The notes beneath the pieces were generated by a model that was given only the letters and a program-made list of their open reading frames with translations, had not been told where the DNA came from and searched no databases. From an uncultured Nitrospiraceae bacterium (GTDB lineage: Bacteria > Nitrospirota > Thermodesulfovibrionia > Thermodesulfovibrionales > Dissulfurispiraceae), in contig CAVSHF010000005.1 in the NCBI GenBank assembly GCA_963727805.1, positions 64,001 to 128,000 on the forward strand: DNA of 64,000 nucleotides, read 5' to 3'. Below, one piece after another: positions 48,231-59,377 of the stretch. Positions within the stretch are counted from its first letter, which is position 1; every line of letters begins with the position of its first letter. Made by a program: the position numbers and the translations under genes.

Positions 48231-51043
48231 TTGAGTACGTTATGGCACCTTTCGCAGATGCCGGGACGGTCGCTGAAAGAGCCGACTAGTGGGCTACGGT
48301 TCCAGCAGCGCTCACACTTGTCCCCAGGGGCTTTCCCGACTTTGATGAAGAGCCCCTTGACCTCTGGACTTTCATAGGCATCGGCTATCATCGCTACTTT
48401 GGGTTGTATTTCGACCTTCGAGACTATGAAGAGGGCCGGTAAAAAGTCCTGGTATTCAGAGAGCAGTATGAAATCCTCCTGCTCAAGAAAAAAAGTAAGC
48501 TCAGCCTCGAGGGCGTTGCCCAAGAACTTATCCTTTCTCTTTATCTCCAAGGCCTTATTTGCCTCGTCCCTTATCTTGATAAGCCTCTCCCACTTCCCTT
48601 CGAGGGCGGTGTCAATGTACTTTTCTTCAGCTTCGGGGAATCCAGCCAAGAATATGCTTTCAGCCTTTGCTTCAGATTCCTGACTGCCGACTCCTGACTT
48701 CTCTTTATCCGGCAGGTATTTCCAGATCTCCTCGGCTGTGAAAGAAAGTATAGGAGCAATAAGCCGCGCCATATCGGAAACTATCCGATACAACACCCAC
48801 TGAGCCGCACGTCTCTCTAGAGAATCAGTCTTGAAGGTATAGAGTCGGTCTTTCAGGATATCGAGGTAGAAGGAGCTCATATCAACGACACAGAAGTTGT
48901 AGACGGAATGAAAGATCTCATGAAAATCGAATCGTTCATAGGCGGCCGTGGTCCTCTTGATCAGGCCATTGAGCCTCGACATCGCCCAGCGATCTATCTC
49001 AAGAAGTCTCACGCTATAATCCTTTCCGTCAAAATCAGATATATTTCCGAGAAGAAACCGCCCTGTATTCCTGATCTTTCGGTATGCCTCGGTAAGCCTG
49101 CTGATGATCTCCTTTGAAAGCTTGATATCGTCACGATAATCTTCTGCAGACACCCACAGCCTGATAATCTCAGCCCCATTGGCTTTAATAACTTCCTGAG
49201 GAGCAATGACGTTGCCGAGGGATTTGGACATTTTTTTCCCCTGCCCATCAACAGTAAACCCATGAGTAAGGACTGTTTCATATGGGGCTTTCCCCCTCGT
49301 TCCGACGGAGGTGAGCAGTGAACTCTGAAACCATCCCCGGTGCTGGTCGCTACCCTCGAGATAAAGTGCCGCAGGCCACGACAACCTCTCGTCTCGTTCG
49401 AGAACCGCCGCGTGGCTCACCCCGGAATCGAACCATACATCGAGGATGTCCATCTCTTTCTTGAGCGAAAAGCCTCCGCATTTAGCGCAGGCCCGACCCT
49501 CACCAAGAAAATCCTTGACCTCCATCTCGAACCAGATGTCGGCACCTTTCTGCTCCGTAAGCGCTACGATCTTATCGAAGAGCGCATCGTCCCGGATAAA
49601 TTCTCCGCAGTCGGCGCAGGAAATGAGCATGATGGGCACTCCCCACGACCTCTGGCGCGATATGCACCAGTCAGGCCTACCGGCAACCATGCCCTGTATC
49701 CTCTCCCTGCCCCAAGCAGGTACCCAAGACACCCTTTCGATCTCTTCCAGCGCCTTTTCTCTGAGGCCACCGTCGTCCATGGAGATAAACCACTGGGCCG
49801 TAGCCCTGAAGATCACCGGCTTCTTGCACCTCCAGCAATGGGGATAGGAATGCCTGATCTTTTCAACCTTGACAAGAGCGCCCTTCTCTTTCAGCAGTTC
49901 GATTATACCCTCATTAGCCTTGAACACGAACTGTCCCTCGAACTCTGGGACGAGTCTCGTGAATTTCCCGTGATCGTCGACGGGTGCGTAGATATCGAGA
50001 CCGTATTTCAGTCCCACCTCATAGTCATCCTCACCGTGCCCGGGTGCTATATGGACAATACCGCTACCTTCTCCCACGGTTACGAAATCGCCGGGGATGA
50101 CTATTGACTCCCGGTCAATGAAGGGATGCCTTGCCCTCAAGCCTTGGAGTGCACTTCCCACCATCTCGGCGACGACCTGTCCACTAATATCAAGCTTTTC
50201 CCTAAGGCCTTCAAGGTTCTCCTTTGCTACTATGAGATATTCGCCATCCTTTTCAACAGCCGTGTAATCCAGTTCCGGATGTACTGCAAGAGCAAGGTTT
50301 GCCGGCAAAGTCCAAGGGGTCGTAGTCCAGATGAGAATCGAGACACTCTTGCCTGCGAGTTTCCCAATAAATTTTACAACATCTTCATCAAGCACCCTGA
50401 ATTTGACGAAGACCGAAGGAGACTCCTTGTCGTTATACTCGACTTCTGCCTCAGCAAGAGCGGTGACGCACGAAGAACACCAGTGCACCGGCTTTTTCCC
50501 TTTGTACACCATGCCATTGTTCACAAATCTGAAGAATTCCCTTACAATCGATGATTCGTACCCATGGGACAGCGTCAGATATGGCTTCATCCAGTCGCCG
50601 AACACACCAAGTCTCATGAATTCATCTCTCTGAATACCGACGAATCTTTCCGCATATTCGCGGCAAAGTTGACGCTTCTCAAAAACGCTCACATTGTCCT
50701 TTTTCTGTCCAAGGTTCTTGTCCACCTGGAGTTCTATCGGCAGACCATGGCAGTCCCATCCCGGTACGTAAGGCGAATAGTAGCCCTGCATCGACCGGTA
50801 TTTTACGATGATGTCCTTAAGGATTTTGTTCAGGGCGTGACCGATATGGATGTTGCCGTTCGCATAGGGTGGACCATCATGGAGTATATAGCGCTTGTCG
50901 CCTCTGTTCTTCTCCTGAAGACGGTCATAGACCTTCGTTTCTTCCCAGAACTTAAGCATCTCTGGCTCTTTTTGACCGAGGTTCGCCTTCATCGGGAAGT
51001 CCGTTTGTGGTAAATTAAGGGTATCTTTATAATCTATTGCCAT
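48227..51043 (-). CDS. ileS: Isoleucyl-tRNA synthetase
   Basis: HIGH, KMSKS and a C-terminal Zn finger; the start is likely MAIDYKDTLNLP. Confidence 0.98.
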   Translation of the reverse strand: MAIDYKDTLNLPQTDFPMKANLGQKEPEMLKFWEETKVYDRLQEKNRGDKRYILHDGPPYANGNIHIGHALNKILKDIIVKYRSMQGYYSPYVPGWDCHGLPIELQVDKNLGQKKDNVSVFEKRQLCREYAERFVGIQRDEFMRLGVFGDWMKPYLTLSHGYESSIVREFFRFVNNGMVYKGKKPVHWCSSCVTALAEAEVEYNDKESPSVFVKFRVLDEDVVKFIGKLAGKSVSILIWTTTPWTLPANLALAVHPELDYTAVEKDGEYLIVAKENLEGLREKLDISGQVVAEMVGSALQGLRARHPFIDRESIVIPGDFVTVGEGSGIVHIAPGHGEDDYEVGLKYGLDIYAPVDDHGKFTRLVPEFEGQFVFKANEGIIELLKEKGALVKVEKIRHSYPHCWRCKKPVIFRATAQWFISMDDGGLREKALEEIERVSWVPAWGRERIQGMVAGRPDWCISRQRSWGVPIMLISCADCGEFIRDDALFDKIVALTEQKGADIWFEMEVKDFLGEGRACAKCGGFSLKKEMDILDVWFDSGVSHAAVLERDERLSWPAALYLEGSDQHRGWFQSSLLTSVGTRGKAPYETVLTHGFTVDGQGKKMSKSLGNVIAPQEVIKANGAEIIRLWVSAEDYRDDIKLSKEIISRLTEAYRKIRNTGRFLLGNISDFDGKDYSVRLLEIDRWAMSRLNGLIKRTTAAYERFDFHEIFHSVYNFCVVDMSSFYLDILKDRLYTFKTDSLERRAAQWVLYRIVSDMARLIAPILSFTAEEIWKYLPDKEKSGVGSQESEAKAESIFLAGFPEAEEKYIDTALEGKWERLIKIRDEANKALEIKRKDKFLGNALEAELTFFLEQEDFILLSEYQDFLPALFIVSKVEIQPKVAMIADAYESPEVKGLFIKVGKAPGDKCERCWNRSPLVGSFSDRPGICERCHNVLK

Positions 51044-51098
51044 AGAAGAAAAAATTAACACTAAAAGCTTTCTCAAGTCAAGAAAGTCACGAAAAAGT

Positions 51099-51983
51099 AT
51101 GGTCAAAAAAGACAAATTAACAACTCAATCGCCCAGACGACTTGGGATTCATACCTCTATTGCGGGAGGCGCTCACCTATCACTCGAGCGGGCCAAAGAC
51201 CTTGGTTGCAACACGATGCAGATATTTTCCCATAACCCCAGGCAATGGGCGGTCTTCGATATCCCAGTTGAATCAGCGGCAGCATTCAGGAAATTGCGGA
51301 GGACCTATAATGTACAACCTGTCTTTATCCATACCTCCTACCTCATTAATCTGGCTGCCGGGGAGCCAGGCATCTTAAACAAATCGATTGAACTCTTAAA
51401 GCGGGAGCTTGACCTCGCCGATATCCTGGAGGCGGAGTATGTCATTGTCCATACGGGAAGCGCTTCAGGAGACAGTGCCATAGAGGCGCGGCGGAGGGCT
51501 GTTGAAGCCCTCAGAATAATTAGCGGGGAGCAAAGATGGAAAGCGGGGATTCTCCTCGAAAATACAGCAGGTGAAAGAGGTGACATCACCTCTCGGATAA
51601 CCGACCTCGCTGAAATCATCGAAAAGGCCCGGAGCCCCCTTATAGCCGGCATTACCGTGGACACCTGTCATGCCTTTGCTGCTGGCTACGATATTCAGCA
51701 TACTGAGGGATTATCTGCACTCATCGATGAAACTCAATCGCGTATTGGACTTAACAAAGTGAAACTTATTCACTTGAATGATGCAAAAAAAGGCCTCAAC
51801 TCAAGGGTCGATAGACATTGGCACATCGGACAGGGAGAGATCGGCCTTAAAGGTCTTCGCGAATTCATCAACCATCCCGCGTTCGAAAATGTCCCACTCA
51901 TTCTCGAAACGCCCAAGAAGAGCGAAGAAGATGACCCGAGGAATCTAAATATCGCAAGAAGACTTCTCAAAATTAAACCATAA
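51099..51983 (+). CDS. nfo: Endonuclease IV
   Basis: GIHTSIAGG, ENTAG, DTCH, HLND, DRH and ETP motifs. Confidence 0.95.
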   Translation: MVKKDKLTTQSPRRLGIHTSIAGGAHLSLERAKDLGCNTMQIFSHNPRQWAVFDIPVESAAAFRKLRRTYNVQPVFIHTSYLINLAAGEPGILNKSIELLKRELDLADILEAEYVIVHTGSASGDSAIEARRRAVEALRIISGEQRWKAGILLENTAGERGDITSRITDLAEIIEKARSPLIAGITVDTCHAFAAGYDIQHTEGLSALIDETQSRIGLNKVKLIHLNDAKKGLNSRVDRHWHIGQGEIGLKGLREFINHPAFENVPLILETPKKSEEDDPRNLNIARRLLKIKP

Positions 51984-52189
51984 CGGCAGCTGTATTTTGA
52001 AAGTATCTTCAATTGTATGTTGTTGTCTGCCGTGTGCTCATATGGGCAGCGGTTGCCCATGCTGCGGATGATTTGTGCATGAATGCGGAAGCTCTACTCC
52101 TGCCGCATTCCGATTACTTTACATACCTGCAAAAAGGGGCTATTATTGTATTCAACAAGCTGCATCAGCTAAATTTTAGGAGAAAGATC

Positions 52190-52759
52190 ATGAATGAAGT
52201 GATTGAGGTCATAAAAAAAAGGCGGTCCGTTCGGTCATATGATGATAGGCCTGTCCCCAAATCCATTATGAACGCAATAATAGAGGCCGGCAATGAAGCG
52301 CCCTCTGCCATGAACAGCCAACCCTGGCGATTTGTCGTAGTGGAAAATCAGGATACCAAGCTGAAACTCCTGCATGCCGCAAAACCGAATGCTAATAAGA
52401 TCATCGACATGATTAAAGATGTCGACCCCGAAAGATATGAGGCGATCAAGCAGCGTTTTGCCCAATTGCCTGATCCTGTGTACTACTCTGCTCCGGCGGT
52501 TGTCTTTGTAATAGGTTCCGGGCGGTATGCAAGTCACTCATGCCCCTTAGCTTGCGAGAATATGATGCTTGCCGCTTATTCGTTGGGACTCGGAAGCTGC
52601 TGGGTCGGATTCGGAGCCATGGTAACCGATGATGCAGGAGTGAGATCAATCCTTGAATTAAAAGAAGATGAAACTATTTTCGGGCCTTTGCTTATCGGGT
52701 ATCCCAAGGAGCATCCGGACAGACCGATTAAAAAAGAACCGCAGATAAAGTGGCTTTGA
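52190..52759 (+). CDS. Nitroreductase family protein
   Basis: RRSVRSY, APSAMNSQPW and GLGSCW motifs; RBS AGGAG before the ATG at 52190. Confidence 0.92.
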   Translation: MNEVIEVIKKRRSVRSYDDRPVPKSIMNAIIEAGNEAPSAMNSQPWRFVVVENQDTKLKLLHAAKPNANKIIDMIKDVDPERYEAIKQRFAQLPDPVYYSAPAVVFVIGSGRYASHSCPLACENMMLAAYSLGLGSCWVGFGAMVTDDAGVRSILELKEDETIFGPLLIGYPKEHPDRPIKKEPQIKWL

Positions 52760-53024
52760 TCCCCCACTTAAGCCGTGTCTGAGATCTGTAATCCGAAGAG
52801 GGGAAAATAGTAGTATCAGACATAAGCAATCGCCATAAAAAAGATGATTAGATTATGTCCGGTATTATCATACATGTCTGCGGGGGAAAAAGCATATTCC
52901 GAAGATGATTCGAAGTTCTTTAAAGACATCAAATCCAGCGATGGAACCTTGATGGATTGCCTTGAGAAAAGGCAAAGAAGTCCCTGCGATGCGCATTCGA
53001 TATTCAATGCATTATGATAAAGAG

Positions 53025-54188
53025 ATGGAAAAGACCAAAATACTCATAACGTGCCCTAAAGGGCTTCCACCCTATCTGAATACGGAATTATCAGTCCTTG
53101 GCTTTCCTGTACTAGACGAAACCATTGCCGGGATTGAGACGGAAGGCACCCTCGATGATACGATGATGCTGAATCTTTCACTGAGAACAGGGCACAGGGT
53201 TCTCTTGCATCTTATGAGCTTTATCGCGGACGATGCCTATGATCTCTACCTGAACGTATCTCAAATCGAATGGGAACGCTTCATACACGAAAATGAATAC
53301 CTGTCGGTCCACTCTTCAGTCGATAATCCGACAATTACTAATCCCCTTTTTGCTAACGTCAAATGCAAGGATGCGATTGTCGACAGAATAAAGGAAAAGT
53401 GCGGGCGGCGACCCGACTCGGGTCCTGAGATGACCGGTGTTGTAGTTTTCCTCTACTGGAAGGGCAACAGGTGCAGTGTCTATCTCGATACCTCCGGTGA
53501 ACCTCTTGCAAAGCGCGGCTACAGGAAGATTCCTTTAAAGGCGCCGATGCAGGAAACGCTCGCTGCCGCGGTGATTATGGCGACCGGGTGGGTCGGGAAT
53601 GGAAACTTCATAAACCCCATGTGCGGTAGTGGCACACTTGCTATTGAAGCCGCCCTAATCGGCCTCAATCGGGCACCCGGCATCCTGCGCAGCAACTTTG
53701 GGTTCATGCACCTCAAAGGTTTTGACAAGGCAAAGTGGGAAGACATGCGAACGAGTTCCAAGGCTACTGCGCGAAAATCACTGAATGGTAAAATAGTGGC
53801 TACCGACAACAACCCTGCTGCAATCCAGGCCGCCAAGAACAATGCAGCTACGGCTGGCGTCGAACATATCATCGACTTTCAAGTATCCGAGTTCCATGGA
53901 ACACCTATCCCCGAAGGCGGCGGGGTTGTCATTCTCAATCCTGAATACGGCGAAAGGCTCGGCAAAATCACATACCTTGAAGACACTTACAAAGGGATAG
54001 GCGATTTCTTTAAACAGAAATGCAGTGGCTATAAGGGATATATCTTTACGGGAAACTTTGAACTGGCAAAGAAGGTTGGCCTGCGCACAAGACGTAAGAT
54101 TCAATTTTTCAATAGCAATATAGAATGTAGATTGCTGGAATATGAGCTTTATGCGGGGAGCAAGAAATTAAAATCAGGAAGCGTGTAG
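53025..54188 (+). CDS. THUMP-domain RNA methyltransferase (RlmL-like)
   Basis: DTSGEPLAKRGYR, APMQETLAA, NPMCGSGT and NPEYGERL motifs. Confidence 0.92.
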   Translation: MEKTKILITCPKGLPPYLNTELSVLGFPVLDETIAGIETEGTLDDTMMLNLSLRTGHRVLLHLMSFIADDAYDLYLNVSQIEWERFIHENEYLSVHSSVDNPTITNPLFANVKCKDAIVDRIKEKCGRRPDSGPEMTGVVVFLYWKGNRCSVYLDTSGEPLAKRGYRKIPLKAPMQETLAAAVIMATGWVGNGNFINPMCGSGTLAIEAALIGLNRAPGILRSNFGFMHLKGFDKAKWEDMRTSSKATARKSLNGKIVATDNNPAAIQAAKNNAATAGVEHIIDFQVSEFHGTPIPEGGGVVILNPEYGERLGKITYLEDTYKGIGDFFKQKCSGYKGYIFTGNFELAKKVGLRTRRKIQFFNSNIECRLLEYELYAGSKKLKSGSV

Positions 54189-54247
54189 TCGAAATAATAG
54201 ACGAAGAGACGCTTGTCGAGGGGATAATAGAAGGCCACTAATTTAAT

Positions 54248-55225
54248 ATGAACAACCTCGCGTTTCAAGAAAGAGACAGAGTACTTGTCCTTGGCGCTAC
54301 CGGTTTTATAGGAGGCCGGCTTATACCCGAACTCCTGAAAAAAAACATCAAACTACGCTTGCTTGTCAGAAGTCCGGAAAAGCTCTCACATGTTATACAC
54401 GATAATACTGCGATTGAAGTCTATCAGGGCGATCTCCTAACAACGCAAGGGCCGAATGCGGCCCTCGGGGGAATTCATTCTGCTTACTATCTTGTACATT
54501 CCATGGGCGGGAAAAGTATCTTCAAGAATACTGAATTTGCAGAAAAAGACAAAGAGGCAGCAAGAAACTTTATCACTGCTGCCGGCAGTGCAGGGCTGAA
54601 AAGGGTCATTTATCTTGGCGGTCTTGGGGAAGCAGAAGATCGCCTCTCGGAGCACCTGAAAAGTCGTGCAGAGGTTGCCAAGATATTATCATCTGGTACG
54701 CCAGCAGCAACTACCCTGCGTGCTGCGATAATCATAGGAGCAGGTGGTGCATCGTTTGAGATGCTCAGGCACCTGGTTGAGCGCCTTCCTGTCATGGCAT
54801 GTCCGAGGTGGATAGACACCCGAATCCAGCCAATTGCCCTCAGAGATGTCTTGTCCTATCTCATTGGATGCCTAATGAACCCTGAAACGGCAGGCGAGTC
54901 CTTTGACATCGGAGGCCCGGAAATACTCACCTACAGGGAAATGATGCAGCAGTATGCGGAAGCTCGGGGGCTCGCCCGAAGGATAATAATTGGCGTGCCC
55001 TTTCTGACGCCGACCCTCTCAGCTTACTGGGTAGACCTCGTCACGCCTGTGCCTTCAGGCATTGCCCATCCTCTTATCGAAGGAATGATAAATGAGGTCA
55101 TATGCAGAGATAATCGCATTGATAATATTGTCCAGATAGAGAAGACCCATTTTAAGGAAGCTGTGAAAATGGCCTTTTCAGAAGAAAAGAGCGGGCCAGG
55201 AATCCATGGACGGGAAAATAAGTAG
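54248..55225 (+). CDS. NAD(P)H-binding atypical SDR (YbjT-like)
   Basis: GATGFIG, YYLVHSM, SEHLKSR and GASFEM motifs. Confidence 0.9.
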   Translation: MNNLAFQERDRVLVLGATGFIGGRLIPELLKKNIKLRLLVRSPEKLSHVIHDNTAIEVYQGDLLTTQGPNAALGGIHSAYYLVHSMGGKSIFKNTEFAEKDKEAARNFITAAGSAGLKRVIYLGGLGEAEDRLSEHLKSRAEVAKILSSGTPAATTLRAAIIIGAGGASFEMLRHLVERLPVMACPRWIDTRIQPIALRDVLSYLIGCLMNPETAGESFDIGGPEILTYREMMQQYAEARGLARRIIIGVPFLTPTLSAYWVDLVTPVPSGIAHPLIEGMINEVICRDNRIDNIVQIEKTHFKEAVKMAFSEEKSGPGIHGRENK

Positions 55226-55632
55226 ATTAGCATAAATCTACCGTACCAGCGATCGTGACCGTCAGACCACTGATGATATTGGACTGTCCTTGTTCTTTGA
55301 AAGAGATTCTTTTGGCGCCATTATGGGGTTGAATAACATGAAAAGCAGCATTAAGCAAGACGTAATTAAGCTTCCTTCTTGAGCGGAAGTCTATCTCATT
55401 ATAGCTTTTTCATATACCATAGTCTTTTCACAGAGAAGAGCATGGAAAAATAATGGCAAGCAAAATTGCATCAAACTCAATTTCTGAACCGCAATGGATG
55501 ATTCAATGCGACGTCATTAGGTATAATCTGCAGATCCGTCAGGATTCAAAGGAGCAACTCAAGAAGGAAGCTTTAGAACGAGAGATAGATGTGAGTTCTT
55601 ACATTTGCGATCTTTGAAAATTCCAGTCAGGT

Positions 55633-57762
55633 TTCCGGGTAGGAGCAGCGATTGCTCGCCACTCCCCCCACAGACCCGGACGAGCCCGATTAAGGCATCC
55701 GGTTCGTCAGTAACAAGAGGCATACAGCCTCTGGCTAACTAAACGGATTCGACCCGTTTAGCGCATAACTTTGCTGACCTGCATGGTTTAGATATCATGG
55801 ACTATTCGGGGCGACGGCAGTGGGAACAGCCGCTCCAGCTTTGGGAATTCATCCTCCCAATTCATCGATCCCTTATTGCTGCGACGACTCAGCCAGTAGT
55901 GCCACGCCTTCCGTACATGCCTGTAGACAAGCAGCAACTTACGGTAATTGCCTCTGATGCCGTAATATTGGTAGTGACCTTTTAACTTAAGGGTTAGAAC
56001 ACGACATTGTTCCTTAAGCGGCTCATGTCGGTGTTCCCGACACCACTCCCAAGCGCGCTTCATGGCCCGGCGCAGCCTTTTCTTGGCTGTTTGCCGCTTT
56101 ACTATCCAGTACCCCCGCCGCGTCTTCGCCCAGTAGTGCGTAAAACCCAAAAAGTCAATGCTCCCATTTTCCTCAGGGTCGCTCTTGCCTTTTGGCCTTC
56201 CGAACCTAACCAGCTTCGTCTTTGTCGGGTGTATCGTTAGCCCGTACTGTTGAAGTCTCTCAGTCAGAACGGGCAATATCCATTGTGCATCAGATTCGTG
56301 TTCGCATCCGATTAGAAAGTCATCGGCAAAACGAATCAGAAAGCTCTGTCCCTTAATGCTGGGCTTCACTTCCTTGACATACCACTCATCCAGCACATGG
56401 TGTAGGAATATATTGGCCAGAATCGGCGATATGACTCCGCCCTGCGGCGTGCCCTTCTCTGGGTATGTCAGAGTTTCCCCTTCTATTACCCCGGCATTCA
56501 GCCATTTGCCGATTAGCCGTATTATTCCTCCATCGTTGACCCTTTGCCTGATTATTTCCAACAGCCTGCCGTGATCGATATTATCGAAATAGCCTTTGAC
56601 ATCCGCATCCACTATCCAGCCGATGTTCCCTTTCACGCATTTCTGTTGAAGCTCGCTTAACGCCTGATGCTGGCTATGGCCGCGTCTGAAGCCGTGAGAG
56701 AAGGCGAAAAAGTCGCTCTCATACACTGCCTCAAGGAGCATCGCTACCGCACGTTGAACTACTTTGTCTTCAAACGTCGGAAGTCCTAACGGCCTTTCCC
56801 CTCCGTCATCCTTAGGTATCCACACCCGGTTTACAGGCGGAGCATGATACCGTCCTCCCTTGAGTCGTGTGTGCAGCTCCCGTAGATTTTCTTCGAGGTT
56901 TGATGCGTATTCTTCTGCTGTGACCCGGTCTATACCGGGCGCAGCGTCTTTTCGGGTCAGCCTGTAGGCTTCCCGCAAGAATTCCACATCTACGTGGTGC
57001 GCCAGCGTAGTGAACACCATCTCCGGATACCGGATGGCCTGCGCTGCAATCCACCGAAGTTTCGTTGATACGGTTTGTGAGTTCGAAGCCTCTCCCATAT
57101 TTCCTCTCGGTGAAACGTTATACCCGGCCTCGCCTTCCCTTCAGTGGGTCCCTTGGTCCTCGGTTCCCCACCTTCCCGGCCCGCTGGGGCCTTCGGTACT
57201 ATGCTCGGCTAAGACTGCCTCATGTCCATCCCTAGTCTCTTCGTTTGTCACTCGATTCCCGGTACCACGTTTGCTCTCTGTCTTCGTTCGTCGATGTGCG
57301 AGAGCCCTCACCGACGCCTGGGGCTTTTGTTCTTCCGGTCGCCCTCTTCCCTTCCGGTTCTCAACGTGGAGACATGCGGCCCTCCCAAGTTCCCGATCTA
57401 TCCCTTTGAATGTATGCCCTGCTCTCAGACCCCGGTGGTGTTCTGATGCTCGCCATTGCGCATTCAGAACTGCTGTCTTCCAGTTGTCCGAGACTGTCGA
57501 CTTTCCCTCCAATGCCCTGAAGGTTATCTTACTGACCACAATGTCAACGATTTCGGGGCTCACTAACACGGCCTACATTCTCGCTACACCCAGCTCCGCA
57601 CCTCCCCTCGCGAGGACGCACGCGGGTTCGCTTCCGACCTGTTGGCTAAGCTTTGGCCGGATGGGACTTGAGGTTTTCCGCCTCTCACCCATTGGATAGC
57701 AACAGCAAATTTCATCTCCTTTTCGCGAGATTCCCGATGCCTTGGATTTACCTTGGCGCGAC
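55633..57762 (-). mobile_element. Group II intron (probably bacterial class E; boundaries approximate)
   Basis: Domain V GAACCGGATGCCTTAATCGGGCTCGTCCGGGTC and domain VI ending CCTACCCGG downstream of the RT gene; about 660 nt of structured RNA upstream. Confidence 0.9.
55788..57098 (-). CDS. ltrA: Group II intron reverse transcriptase/maturase (no endonuclease domain)
   Basis: RPLGLPTFEDK, GTPQGG, RFADD and FLGF motifs, plus domain X GHYQYY. Confidence 0.95.
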   Translation of the reverse strand: MGEASNSQTVSTKLRWIAAQAIRYPEMVFTTLAHHVDVEFLREAYRLTRKDAAPGIDRVTAEEYASNLEENLRELHTRLKGGRYHAPPVNRVWIPKDDGGERPLGLPTFEDKVVQRAVAMLLEAVYESDFFAFSHGFRRGHSQHQALSELQQKCVKGNIGWIVDADVKGYFDNIDHGRLLEIIRQRVNDGGIIRLIGKWLNAGVIEGETLTYPEKGTPQGGVISPILANIFLHHVLDEWYVKEVKPSIKGQSFLIRFADDFLIGCEHESDAQWILPVLTERLQQYGLTIHPTKTKLVRFGRPKGKSDPEENGSIDFLGFTHYWAKTRRGYWIVKRQTAKKRLRRAMKRAWEWCREHRHEPLKEQCRVLTLKLKGHYQYYGIRGNYRKLLLVYRHVRKAWHYWLSRRSNKGSMNWEDEFPKLERLFPLPSPRIVHDI

Positions 57763-57927
57763 GGCCACTTATTCCAATTTAGTTCGGATGCCGGACAGAC
57801 TTATTTAATATGGCGATCATATTGCGCCCCAGAGAATGCGCCATCTCAGGTCTCCAGTACACTTTATAACCATGCATACGGAAACTTCTCGACAATCAAT
57901 GACTAGCTGATATGTATTAAACCTGTC

Positions 57928-58252
57928 AAGTGCCGATAGTCGGTGTTTTCTTATCATGACCTCCTTACTGGATCATGCATTTGGGTCAGAACAGCAGCGA
58001 TAAACGACGGTAGATCACTCTGATATACGCGGGTTGGATACCGCATGACTTGTCTTCGTCGTGGAGTTGCCTCTCTCTACTTTCGTGGGTTTGCCTGTAA
58101 AAAGGCTCCTCATGCAGTCACCGAGGGTTCTCCCAACCGGCTGCTATCCTGGCCGAAATGCACTCCTGTCGGATTAATGTGCATAGAAGCAAATTCATGC
58201 TTCCGGAGCACTGATAAATAACAACTGTTCTATTATTGTAAGCATCATTATG
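57928..58252 (-). ncRNA. Predicted seekRNA/bridge-RNA region
   Basis: About 325 bp of non-coding sequence between the transposase stop and the right IR. Inferred from position only. Confidence 0.55.
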
Positions 58253-59377
58253 TTATGCGACCGTCACTGCAGTGTTGCTCTTTCCCATAATCTCACGACC
58301 AATAGCCCAAATGAATCCTGCCAACTCCCTTGCCACCGCAGTGCATGCTTGCACCTTTAGTTTCCCTTTTTGCATCAGATGCCAGTATCGGCTACATAAC
58401 CGTTTTTGGGCTTTCCATGCAATCGCTTGTACAGCTTCACTGGTCTTTTCTGCCTTTCGCTGGAGGTGAGCTGTTTTTCGCGCCGGCAAACGATAGCTCC
58501 AAGACGCCTCTACAAGTAACCTGCGGACATGTCCATTGCCTGTTTTGGTAATCCCTCCTCTTTTTTGGCGATTGCCGCTTGAATCCTCGCTCGGTACTAA
58601 TCCAAGATACGCCATCAATTGTCGGGGACTCTCAAAACGGCTTATATCTCCTATTTCTGCTACTATAGTCATAGCCGTTACAATGCTCACTCCCCTTAAT
58701 GCCATCAGGGCTTCCACTACAAGCCTCATCGACCAGCTCTCAAGCGCTTTCATTATCTCTTGTTCCACAGCTGTCACTCGTCCCTGAAGGTGTCTTACTA
58801 CATCCACATACTCTTGAAACACGATCTGCTGGATTGGACTTTCAAAGCGGACCTCTTCCATCCAGCGGAAATGTGCTTGGGTCCATTTGCTGTCACCGGC
58901 ATAGACCTTCTTGTTCCGCAATAAAAAACCGCTTAACCGTTGCCGTGCGCGTCGTTCCATGGTCTTCATATCCTCACGCATCCTGGTTAGGTCCCGCATA
59001 GCCTCTTGTTGTTCATCCGGTACCCACACTGCCGTCAGTTCATTCGCCCGGAGCAAACGAACCAAAGACACTGCATCGCGTCGATCTGTCTTCACTCGAT
59101 CTCCCGCTTTCTTCGGGATCAATGAAGGGGCTACCACATCGCACCGATGCCCCATGTCGGTTATTTGCCGATAGATGCCATATCCGCAAGGCCCAGCTTC
59201 ATAACAAAAAACAGCCTTACTTCTCGCTGGCACTACTTTCTTTACCAGCTTCGTTATAGCTTCGGTTGTATTGGCAATCTCCCCATAGTATAGGGGTGTC
59301 CCATGCTTCTCGGCGGTTGCAACTGCTATTGTTTCCTTATGTACGTCCATGCCGATAAATGTGCTAAAATTCTTCAT
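58253..59377 (-). CDS. IS110-family transposase/recombinase
   Basis: GMDVHK, YEAGPCG, KTDRRDA, GLVPSEDSSG and GGITKTGN motifs. Confidence 0.96.
   Translation of the reverse strand: MKNFSTFIGMDVHKETIAVATAEKHGTPLYYGEIANTTEAITKLVKKVVPARSKAVFCYEAGPCGYGIYRQITDMGHRCDVVAPSLIPKKAGDRVKTDRRDAVSLVRLLRANELTAVWVPDEQQEAMRDLTRMREDMKTMERRARQRLSGFLLRNKKVYAGDSKWTQAHFRWMEEVRFESPIQQIVFQEYVDVVRHLQGRVTAVEQEIMKALESWSMRLVVEALMALRGVSIVTAMTIVAEIGDISRFESPRQLMAYLGLVPSEDSSGNRQKRGGITKTGNGHVRRLLVEASWSYRLPARKTAHLQRKAEKTSEAVQAIAWKAQKRLCSRYWHLMQKGKLKVQACTAVARELAGFIWAIGREIMGKSNTAVTVA

Noticed and set aside
57010..57699. ORFs 57010-57699 (+) and 57141-57569 (-)
   Set aside because: They overlap the structured 5' RNA domains of the group II intron and have no protein motifs.
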